Positions 23,601 to 35,600 of a DNA stretch of 64,000 bases are shown here, in pieces. Made by a program: the position numbers and the translations under genes. Under the pieces are notes generated by a model, which ran no database searches, was not told the DNA's origin, and saw nothing but the letters and a program-made list of their open reading frames with translations. Source of the DNA: Lama guanicoe (lineage: Eukaryota); NCBI GenBank assembly GCA_013239625.1, contig MU054338.1, forward strand, positions 3,931,371 to 3,995,370, written 5' to 3'. The first letter of the stretch is position 1, and each line of letters starts with the position of its first letter.

Positions 23601-26600
23601 CTTGGAGTTGCCCCTGGAAACCAAGCACCCAGGGTCAGCTCTCTGCGGACGTCCTGAATGACCAGACAGGTGCTCTGTCCGTGGCCTCCACCCCGGGCTT
23701 TCGGGGCCATGTTCCCTGGACCGCGTGGGAAACATTCACAGGCCATCCCCGGGTCAGAGAGCTTCAGGAAATTTGGTAATGACTTCCCCCTCTGGGACAT
23801 TCCCCTCTCGAATGTCAGTGTGATAAAGGCTCTGAGAAGTCCTGAAAGAACCAGTTCAACTCTGCTTAACCCAGCATGGTCTAATTATTATTATGATCAT
23901 TATCACCACAGTCTGGGAAACACTACCCTAGTCCATCATAGAAGATGAACAAAGCGCTTTGAACAATTTCAGTAAGAAAACAGGTCAGGGGCTCCACAGG
24001 GGAGAAGCCCTGGGTAACAGACGTGCGGCTGTGCAAACACCCCACTTGTGCACCGTTGTTTCTGCCAAGCTGGCAACGGGGACAAGCTGGGGAGCCCGGG
24101 TCCTTCCCGGCTGAGGTGTGAGCCGAGCCGGTGCGAGGAGGGGGCAGCCAGGGAGCCGAGCCCCAACCCTGAAGGCAGCATCTGGAACCCTCTGGAGGGG
24201 GAGGCCCCCGGGCAGCAGAGGCCGTGTCCCCAGGGACCAGGGGCTCCCCTCCTGCCTCCTCTCCGTGATCTGTCCGACCATGTTCTATAAGGACGTCCTC
24301 AGTCAAGGATCCCAAGGTGGCAGAGAACTCTCTGCACCCCATCCTTTAAAACACACAGGATGCCCGCTTCTGAGAGGGCTCGGAACAGGGGAGGGCTTCC
24401 CGAGTGACGTGCCGCTCCGAGCACAGAGGGCCGGCCCCGGGGGTGCCCTTCCCTGCGGGCGGTGGGGCCAGGCCCGCTGTGGGAGAGGAGGGGTGCTGCC
24501 CAGACGCGCGCGGGCTGACACCCACAGGGCAAGTTTATGGCCCGTGATGTTTCCTGGTTGTCGGCCAAGGGCAGCTGCTGTTGGACCGGTGTAGGCACAG
24601 AAGAAAGCACCAAGAAATAGTAAATCCAACTGTACTAGAACATCTAGGGGTGGCTTTTGAAAACGCCTGTTCACTGTGGACATTTTCAGATGAAGAGAGA
24701 GTGGGAAGCCCGTGTTTGTCACCGGGAGAGAAGCCACCGCAGCCCACGTGTGGCTGCCGCCAATTCAGGGCCACTCCGGGTGCACCCGGACGGAGGCAAG
24801 GGCACCTGGAGGGGAAAGCTCACGTCTCCCGCAGCTGGATTTCCGTAACAGGGAAGAGAGCGGGCGGGCCTGGGGGCCGCCGGACCCCCCCCCACCCACC
24901 TGGTGCCCAGCCGCCGCGTCCTCAGGCCCATAAACACGGAGCGGATCAGCTTCCCGAAGGAGGCGGCGTTCACGGGGTCCAGCTTGTGCTCCTGGCAGTG
25001 CCGAAGGTAGTGGTTGTAGAGAGAACTCCTGGGCAGGCTGACCCCTTCCGCGGTTTCATAGTTATCCAAGAGCCACTGGAGCTGGTAAAGAGAAACACCA
25101 GACGCTCACGCGGCCGCACGGAGACAGTCGCGCGCTTTGCACTAACGCCGTGAGGGAACTCACCTCCACTGCCCTGATCGGGTTCAAGAGATTTGGGGCT
25201 CCTTAATGAACAGATAGCTTCTTGTCCCTCGCTTATTGATTCCTTCCATTTTCAGCCAGATTTTCAGTTTCCTGGACTTAACTTATAAAAGCCTGCCTGT
25301 GATGGAGAACTTGGGTCCTGCCTTCCTAGTCGTCAGAGCGCGCACATGTCCTGCCCCGCACGCCGCTGAAACACCAAATGTTTCCTAAACCTGTGGGAGT
25401 GGAGGTAATCTGAACCCCGGAGAGAGAGGAAGATTAAAGAAAACTCGGTGGCCCACCAGGACCGCGCCTGCGTTAAGCTAACATCGCCGCAGTCCCCGTG
25501 CTCCTGGCAGAGGAAAACAGACGGAAACGGAACAAGACCGAAAGGCCAGGCTTTGTGCTCAGGCCTCCCGCTGAGGGGACCAGCCCTGCTCCTGCTTATC
25601 CGAGTAGTGGGTCTGAACCAGGGGCCATCGGGCCTCCTGTCACCACGCCGCCTGCCGCCTGCAGCCCTGGCGTCCATGCTGTTCCCGAGGACTGTGAGTC
25701 CATGGCACAGCTGTCTATTTGTCTATTCCTGTGACCTGAGGGTGAAGGAGGGACAACTACAACGGGGGCATGGGAAGAGGGGGCAGCAGCCAGAGCCCAG
25801 GGGAAACAGGAAAGAGCCCTTCAGCTGCCCCTTTGGGAAAGAACATCGCGGTTTTTTACTTTCCATCAAATCACCCAGATATTTAATTTTCAAGCTTTCC
25901 TTAAATGCTTATTTTTTGCACGAAGGTGGCAGAGCACCACCTTCTCTCTCCAAGGCTTTGCTCCCGCCCAGCGGTCCCACCTTTAGGCGCCGTCTCCTTG
26001 GCCCCACTTGTCCTGACCCCTCGCTCTCTCTTGATGCTGTAAACGGAATCTTAACTGTGAAGTTAGTGACGGCTTAATCCTAGCACACGGCACAGCCCCT
26101 CCCCTCTGCACCCCTCTCCTGGAAGCACCCTTCCCCCACCCCAGGCCGCCCTGACCACCCCTCCCTGCTTTGACTCTGGGGCTGAGGGGCTCACGGGGCT
26201 GGGAATTCAGGAAGGAGGGCGCGGGTGGCACAGAGGCACTGGCCGTCTTCGGTGGATGCTTGTTCGGCCTGCTTCACACTGGCGTTGGGGTCCCTGCTCC
26301 ACCAGCCACACATATGAGCTTCACCAGCCACTTGGGATAATTGCCGCCCTTCCATTTACCTTCAACTGGTTTGGAAGCCAGGTTGGGGAGGGCTGGTATC
26401 TGCTGGCCCCTGAGCTCCCAGGTTTTCCAGAGCACTCCCTGTCTGGAGCTGACCCATCTCCCTGATGGAATGGGGGCTCCAGGGAGCAGAGACAGAGTGG
26501 GGCTACCCATGTTTGCGCCCTATAAGGATGCTTCGAGAAATGCTGACCAAGAGGAGGAGGGGCCTGGAGAGAGGCAGGGACCCCACCACGAGGGGAGCCT

Positions 26601-29600
26601 CCAGGTTCAGAAGCTAGAGGTGCTTCCTCTCTTGGCCGCCCCAGCTGGAGAGCACAGGCTGTTTCTCTGGGAGCCCTCCGTGGGCGGGAGAACCTGGGAC
26701 CAGGGCTCAAACAACTCAGGGGCTGAGCTGGCCGGCGAGTCAGGCAGGCGGGTCCTCAGGCCACAGGGCTGAGGCCAGGTCCCACGGGCGGTGGCCTGGA
26801 AGGGCCCTGGACCAGGCCCCAAGCGGTGGAGGCTAAGACCCCACCCAGCGCGCCCCACGACTGGCTGGACGTGAACAGGAAGGTCTGGGAAGCACGACCG
26901 CTTCTGCTCCTCAACACCTCCGCCAAACCCCGAGACTGAAATGAAAAGCAGGCCTGGCGGGTGACTGCGCGGACGCTGACACAGGATGGGTGGCTAGCTT
27001 CCTCCTAAGTGAGAGCTGACGCCGCCAGCAGCCTCCAGAGGAATAACTGGTTCACTTCCTCCCTCTCTGGCATCGAGAGGTTACCCAGAAGGGAGACAGA
27101 CTGGAGCTGGACGAAGGTTTAAGCTCCAGGAAGGTTGGGGCCTTGCCAGCAGGCCGAGCGAGCCACAGCGGGGTCTGCGCCGCGCAGCGCGCGCTTCCGG
27201 GGGCCAGTGCCTAGCCGCGCGTCCGCGTCGGGGGTGTCGGACTCCGGAGGCCCCGTCCCCCCACCGCACAGCGCCCGCCTCGCCCGCGGCGCCCCGACCG
27301 CGGGCCCCGGGCCCTCCACGCAGCACAGGGGAGGGCGGGTTCTGAGCGACTCTGCAGCAACTTCTGTCTGCCGATATTTGCACCAATTCTATGTCCACAC
27401 AAACACGAATAAACAGAACTTTTTCCAGTAAAAAGCGCGTATTTATCCACATCGGTGATCTGTCAGGACTGCATTCTTCTCAACGAAAACGATCAAATCC
27501 CTCCTTTTCAGGAAAAAAGCAAAGCCCAACACCCCTGGCGGCCCAGGGCCGGCGGGCACCTGCCCCTCTGGCCTGCAAACGGGAGGCCGGGCCTGGAGGG
27601 CCGGACTCGCCTACCTGCCCAGCCCCTTCATCTCTCAGGATATTTGCTTCCACTGTTCGGGGCAAACGCGCCTGACCCCGGCCCCCGATTGGCTGGCGCA
27701 GTGTCATCTGAGCAGCGCCAGCCCCTCTGCGCTTCTGCGTTACTCTGGCCCCAAAATCCAGCTTTGAACCTGCCGCTTCCATCTACCCACCGCCTGCTCT
27801 GGGCGCTGGGGAGACAACTGTGAACGAAAGACAGAAGCCCCTGCCACACAGAAATGTCCGTTCTCGTGGCGGCGGGACACCCACGGTAAATAAGTGAAGT
27901 GCACGGAATGAGAGCTGGTGCTGAGTGTTAGAGGAAAACCCAGGAGAGGGGGCTGGGAGCTGCAGCGAAGCGACAGGCTGAGCAAAGATGGGAAGGAGCT
28001 GAGGGAGGGAGCTGTAGGGAGGTGTTTCAGGCACCTGCAAAGGCCCTGGGGTAGGACTGGGCCTGGTATGTCCGAGGAACAGTGAGGAGACATGAGGCTG
28101 GAGCAGAGTGAGTGAGGGGGAGAGAGGGAGGAGGGGAGGGCAGGGAGGGGACGGGGGCAGGTCATGCAGGGCTTTGTGGGCAGTGGGGAGGATGTGGGCT
28201 TTTACCCCCAGGGAGGTGGGAGCCCTGGAGGGCTGTGGGCAGGGGAGGCGCGGGGCCTGACTCAGGTCTTAGTAGGACCGCTCTGCTGGACAAGGGCTGG
28301 CTAGGAGGTGGCCACAAGGACGCACAGGAGCGACAGGGCGGGGCCGTGGCGGGGAGACTGTGGCTGTGCTGAGGTGAGAGAAGTGGTCTGACTCTGGATG
28401 GTTCTGAAAGTGAGGTTAAGGAGCACTTGGCGGGGGGCTGTGGGAGGAGGAGGGGAGGCAAGGGTGAGCTCCCAGAAGGACGGCGCTGCCCTGGCTGAGC
28501 TGGGAAGACGGTGGGAGGCCCAGGGGTCCTTGGCAGGGGGGTGTCGGGGCTCCGCCCCGGACACGCGTGTTCAGCAGCCCCTTCAGGCTGGCCGGTGGAC
28601 ACCCAGGAGGGATTTGAGGGGAGAGGCCCACAAGGTTCAGGAGCCCAGGCGGGGTTAGCAAGGTGGTAAGAGGTCGGGGAGACTCCAAGAAACAGCACAC
28701 TGCCACAAGAATTTGGAGCTGCCAGTTCTGGCCACGCCCCACCCGTCTGTGGGGCATGGCTTTGTCCTCACACCACTACCTGAAGGCTAAGTGATCTTCG
28801 ACTGCTGGTATTTCTTGATTTAAAAAAGAGTCGTATAACCTGAATACAATTCACCTAAAGCAGGCCCTTCTCCCACGGGTTGGAAATGATAGTTTATTCA
28901 GGAGGCAGAGGCCACCTCCCACAAACCATGATGGGGCCTCTCCAGGTGGGATCTGGGGGACAGCAGAGGGGCAGCCCTGGCGGGGGGCCTGGCCCGTGAG
29001 CAGGGATGCAGGTGGGCGACAGTGTCTCCATCCCCAGCGCAAGCTCCTTTGCCTCCAAAATAGTTATTTCTGCCACCCAGTTGCACTCTTCCCTGTTTTA
29101 GAGACGGCTTGAGGACCACCTCCTCCAAGGGGGGCAGGCTTCCACAATAGGCTGGAAGGTCCTTTCAACACACAGACCCCCAGGTCCGAGCCCCGAGGGC
29201 AGCTTGGGGAGCTCGGGGTGACCAGGACGTCAGCTGGGTCTGGAAGGCACTGGCCAACCTCCTGGGCTGCGGGCATTTTGTCTGCCCGGGCTGGGCTGGC
29301 AGAGGAACCGGGGCCACGGCCGGTGACGCCGGTCCTAGAGATCTCAGCCGGCCAGGACCATGAAGGGGCCTGCAGGACACACCATCTCCTGTAGCCGGGC
29401 CACCCCTCCGTCCTCCCCACTCTCACACGTGCCAAGACAGACTCCAGGCAGGTTTTGTGCTGTGAGTGGGGTCGCGTCCTCACACAGATCTTACTTCTGT
29501 CCTCTCTGACTCCAAGTCCCCAGCCTCAGATCCCACTTCTCCCAGGTACCAGTGGAAGAAAAACAACTCAACGCCACCCTGCCAGGGAGAGAACGGACAC

Positions 29601-32600
29601 GGGGTTCTTCCTGCTCAGAAACGCCAGCCATTGTTGGGAAGCAGCCAAGGCAAGTCCGCCGTCCAGAGAAGTGTTAGAAAGCCAGCGGCACCCCTGCAGC
29701 GGAGGCAGCAGCCCAAGCGTTTCCCACAGACATTTTAAACTGCCCTAGGCCGGCTGCCTGCCTGGGGCCGGCGCCCCACCCTGCCTTCCTCCACCCGCTT
29801 TCCCCTCCCCCGGAGCTGCCCCAGCGCCTGGCCCCACGGGCTGCCGCTCAGAGCTGAACCCTGGTCCCCAGAGCAGGGACTGCCGTCCTGCAGGCTTTCT
29901 ACACCCTGGGCTCTGAGTCTAAGTCTACAGTTTCCCCTCCCTAGCCCTGCCCATGGGGTGACATGGCCTGGCCAGGATGGACCAGAGGGGACACGACCCG
30001 CCCCGCCTGCTCTCCCCCAGGGGACCAGCCCTTGGAGGCTCAGCCGTGGTCTGGAGCTGCCGGCCACGCCTGTGCCAACCCCACAGCCCAGAATTCGCTG
30101 GCAGGGCTTCTGTCTCCTCAAATCACTGCCTTTCGGCCAGAACCTCATTTTGAACGTCCGCCTGAATGAAAGTCTTGATGGGGTCGCAGCTGGGGTCGTG
30201 TTCGGCTAAAGGGGGCTTCTTCTTAATGTTTCAGCTCTCAAGAGAGTGTCCGGTCCCCGCCTCAGTGCTGTCAGAAGCACTTCCTGATTTCAAGATGCCG
30301 AACCAATTTCAGTTACGTGGAAAGCCGGCCTGAGAGCATCTGGAGGCGTGAAGGGCAGAGGGCGGGCAGTGCGGAGACCCCGGCTCTCCCTTCCCGTCCG
30401 CCCCGGAGGCGGAGCTTCTGAGCCTCACCTCCTCCAGGCCCCTCCTGCCCCACAAGGCGGCCCACCTGGAGGCAGGGTCCCCGCTCGGCCTGGGGCCTCC
30501 GATTGATCACGGCTTCCCCATCGGAGAGACATTTTACGCAGCTAAATTCAGAGGGATTAGTTGCTTTGCACTTTTCTCAAATTACCATCTTTTTTCCCCC
30601 AAAGAGCTGACAGCAGGAAATTAACTAAGAATCTTTGTGGCCTCCCCGACCCTGTGTCAGTGTTTGGTTGCTGCTTGTTTGAGCACAAATCTTTTCACCT
30701 GTGGGCAGGAGGTTCTGGACACCAAGCACTGCAGTCCCCTAGCCGTTTCCCTTCACTGTGGAAGGATGTTTTTGCTAGAATTCTAGGTTGATCTCCCCCC
30801 TCCCCTTGTGGGCACTTTAAAGGTGTTGTCTCTTGCTTTCTGTTTGTTTTTAAAATGCCTTTGAAGGTGCAAGCAGGGTAGGGCAGACCAGCAGGTCGAC
30901 ACACACTTACATGGCTGTTGAGTAAACCGCTTTTGTGTGATGTGACCCCTTCACTTTTTTGGAGGTTTTCAATCGCCATTTCAAGCTAAAGAAAATGTGC
31001 GCAGAAACAAAACAAAACGGAAAGAAAAAAAAAAGGGAAATCAGATGGTTAGCATCAGCCAAGTTTTTTTTTTATTAATATCCAAATAAAGAATCGCAGG
31101 CCTACAGGGTGGAAACCAGGCCGCACGCAGGCAGGGTGGCGGGTGGGGGCGGTTAGAGCCTCGGCAGGAGCGTTACTTCGCCGCGCATGCGGAGGAGCCA
31201 GGAGCCGGTCAGGCACCAGCAGCGGGTGGAGCCACACCGTCACCCCTGGCAGCTGAGCTTTAACGCGAATACTCAGCCTTGCTTAAGTTCAGGTGTGAGC
31301 AAAGCCAGCGTAATGACCGCTCGCTGTGCCTGCCTTGATCTGTGCTGGGAAGATCGGTGATCACAAGCCCCGAGGACAGTTGGTGGCACTGACCTCCCTG
31401 CCAGCCCGACCTGTCGCAAAGCCCAGGGTCTCCCAGCTGGAGGCTTTGGGGATTACCCATGGGCCAGGACCCCAGCCCTGCCATCAGGAGGCGCAGCCCC
31501 GGGGAACACTGGACGATCACAGACATAAACTCCCGAATGTTTATGAAGCTGCGAAGGCTTCTGACACGAGTCCCGGACCTCACGGAGGCCAGGAGGTGAG
31601 CTGCTGCGGCAGGCCTATACAAAGGAAGAGACATCAGCCAGGCACGGCTCCCACCACATCCGGCCCTGACTTGCCATGGAAAATGCCTCCTTCTGCTGGG
31701 GGAATCACCTCAACAGCCAGGGGACGTGAAGACCTCAGAGACACGTGCGCAGAAGCAGGCTGGACGCGTTCAGAAAGCGCGGCTGGACCACTTCCCCAGA
31801 GCCAAGCTCAGGAGCAAGGGGGACCCTGCTTCGCCCATCACCTCCCCTGACCACTGCTGTGAACGTCCACTCTTCCCACTGCTATCCAGCATTGTACTGG
31901 AAGTTCCAGCTGGGGCACCGGGCCGCAGCAAGACATAAAAGGGATCCAAACAGAAAGGAAGAAGTAAAACCACCTCTATTTTCGGATAACCTGACCTTTT
32001 ATTTTTTTAAACGGAGGCACTGGGGATTGAACCCAGGACCTTGTGCATGCTGAGCACCTGCTCTACCACTGAGCTGTACCCTCCCCAACATGATTTTAAA
32101 TATAGGAAATCCTGTAGAATCCACTAATAAACTGTTAGCTCCAGAGTGGCAGGAGACAAGATCCACAGACAGAAATCAATTTTATTTCTAAGTGAGGAAC
32201 AATATGAAAATGCAAGTATGAGAACAACCCTGTTCACAACAGTATCAAAGAGAATAAAATATCTAGGAATAAAGTTAACCAAGGGGGTGAAATGCTTGTA
32301 TGCTGAGAAAAATGATAAAGCGTTGTTGAAAGAAATTAAAGGCCTAAACAAACAGAAAGACGCCCTCTGTTCACAGACGGGAGGACATAGTGTTAAGATG
32401 GCCACGCTCTCCTAACTGGTCTACAGACTCAACACAACTGCAACTACAATTCTGTCAAGCTTCCAGCTGCCTTTTCAAAATGGGGAAGTCGACCTTAAAA
32501 TCGATATGGCATTGCAAGGGACCCCAAATAACCCAAACAACCTTGAAAAAGAAGCACAAAGTTGGAAGATTCACAAGTCCCCATTTCAAAACTGATTACA

Positions 32601-35600
32601 AAGTTACAGTAGCCAAAACAGTGCAGCGTCGGGGTAGGACAGACAGACAGCTCAGGGGGGTAGAACTGAGTCCAGAAATAAACCCATACATCTGGGGTCG
32701 ATTGATTTCCTTTTTCTTTTTTCTTTTTTTTTCAATTGATTTTCACCAAGGGTGTGAAGACCATTCAACAGAGAAAGAACACTCTTTTCAACAAATGGCG
32801 CTGGGAGAAGTGGACAGCCACGTGTGAAAGAATGAAGCTGGATGCTCACCTCACGGCCTTTACAAAAGTCAACTCAAAAGGGATCAAAGGTGGGGGGAGG
32901 GTATAGCTCAGTGGTAGAGCACGTGCTTAGCATGCATGAAATCCTAGGTTCAAGCCTCAGTACCTCCATCAAAAAATAAATAAAACCTAATTATCCCCCA
33001 CCAAAGACAAAACAATCGAAAGGGATCAAAGAACTAAAGGTAAGAACCAAAACTATAAAACCCTTAGAGAAAAACATGAGGTAATCACGTAAAGTAAGAT
33101 TATCTCCATGACCTTGGATTTAGCAATGGATTCTTAGACGTGACACCAAAAGCACAGAAAACAAAACAAAAGATAAAAACTTTCTAACGAGATAAACTGG
33201 ACTTCAGCAAAATCAAAAACTTCTGTACATCCAAGGACACTATCAAGAAAGCGAGCAGACAAACCACAGAATGGAAGAACATACTTGCAGACCATACTGC
33301 TGAAAAGGGTCTTACACCCGGAAGATTGTAAAGGGCTCTCACAACCCGACCACAAAACGACCCGATTAAAACGTGGGCAAAGGCCTAGAACAGACATGTC
33401 TCCAATAAGCACAAAAAAAGATACTTAAAATCATTAGTCATTAGGGAAATATGAACTAAAGCCACAATGAGACGCCACTTCACACCCACTAGCATGGCAA
33501 TTAAAAGAAAAAAAGAAAAATAAGTGTTGGTGAAGATGTGGAGAAACTGGAACCCTGGTCCATTCCTGGTGGGAATGTGAAATGGTGCAGCCACTGTGGT
33601 CAATGGTTTGGCAGCTTCTCAAAAACTTAAACACAAAACTCAGCCAAACCACATGACCCAGCAATTCCACGATACCCAAGATAACTGAAAACAGGTGTTC
33701 CAAAAAAAACTTGTTCACAGCAGCATTATTCATAATGGCGAAAAAAACAGAAACACACAAATGTCAATCACAGATGAGTGGATAAACCAGACGTGGTCCA
33801 TACAAACAATGGAATATTATTCAGCCACAAAAAAGAATGAAGGACTGATACACATTAGAATATGGATGAGCCCTGAAAACACGACACTCAGTGAAAAAAA
33901 TCAGACACAGAAGGCCACATGCTGTGCGATTCCATTTACATGAAACATCCAGAACAGGTGAATTCATAGAGACAGCAGATTAGTTGCCCGGGTCCAGAAG
34001 AGGTGGGGATCTGGGGGTGACTACCAACTGCTAGAGGGCTTCCTTTCAGGGTGATGAGAATGTTCTGGAACTAGATAGACTGATGGTTACACAACATGGT
34101 GAATGTACCAAAAGCTATTGATTGTACCCTCTCAAATGATTAAAATGGTGAATTTTATGTTAAGCGAATTTTACCTCAAGAAAAACTATATAACTGGTTT
34201 AAAACCCCTTTAGTCTCTCTTGCAATTTGAATGAATCTCTTACCCACATGCATGGTTCTGTAATACCACGCCCTGGTCACTTGGAAACTATTGGTTCAGA
34301 GTTTGCAGATCTTGCAAATGCTGACATCTCATCATATGGTATCGAAAAAAATTACATTTGTTAATATCAGTGCCAATCTCTTCAGAAAGATACCAGCTTT
34401 CCAAAATTCTATTTCTTTTTGGGCTTGAGAATGCATTGGCAATAAAACCTGTTTTCCTGGATACGTCAGGCTCACAGACATTCATTTTTGGGAAAATATG
34501 TGCCAAATCTCTGAGTCTGAATAGTCATAATTTGTCTATCATCCTTTCAAGGAAAAGCAGCGTTTCATGAAAAAAAAACTGGCTCATTCTGCTCACAACT
34601 CACCTGCACTTGGGCTTTTCCTTGCAACAGTCATCACACCTTGGCAGACAGCAGCAGAACCTTCCACCACACAGAATATTAAAAAGCTGTGTTCTCGAGG
34701 GTTGAGATTTAAAAAATATTAATCATTTTTACTGCTTCGTCAGGGATATTCTTGAGTGAAACTGATATTTGGCATTTCTCCTTTCTTTTCTTCTCTTTCT
34801 CTCTGCTGTGCGTGCATGCCGCCGAGGGTACAGGGGCATCTGGAGACTCGGGCGCGTCTGCCTTGGTGTGTGCCCAGCTGTGTCAATTGTGCTGATTTTG
34901 CATCATTGGGGCAAACGTCAACACAGGGAAAAGGGTAACTGATGAGTTGGTATTATTATGAAAACAGTTTTGACCTCGTGGAGCTCCTGAGAGGGTCCTG
35001 AGGACACCCAGAAGTTTGCCAGACATGTAAGACTGACTGCTAAAAAGCATGGCGTTGTGAGTATGGTGGAAAAGAACAGAAATGAACATCAGCTGTATGG
35101 GAGTACCCTCAAAAACCACAGCTGTTAAATAGTGTCTGAATAAGCCTGCTGATACGTTAAATTAACTTAAAGCACAGCAGAACGTCCCAAGGTGTTCACC
35201 GTGTTTTAAAATGAAAGCGTCGGGTAAACTTGTGAAGGCGGTGAGGGTCAGGAAAACATCGGAGATTGATGCCCAGGAGCCAGGCCCGAAGGCGCAGCGC
35301 ATCCAGCAGAGGGCGCTGCGCCGCCGCCTCCCAGCGCCGCGGTCCAGCGTCCTGGGAAAAGGGCTTCTCAGCACTTGAACTTGAAGACCGGCACTTGAGT
35401 GGGAGGCTTCCTTACAGACCCCACCAAGCTATTCTTAGTGTGCAAGCACAAAGGCCTTGATCGGTCCTCTCGGTGCCTGGAAAAGTTCGTGTTTAATCTT
35501 TAAATATGCTTAAAATGGAAACTAATTTTATACTTGACTGGAGTTTACTTTTTTGTTACTTAAAAATTACTGAAGTGCTACCTGCACAGGCCCACATGTC

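Noticed and set aside
32890..32970. tRNA-like sequences with A and B boxes
   Set aside because: They are SINE heads with A-rich tails and TSDs, dispersed and diverged, not tRNA genes
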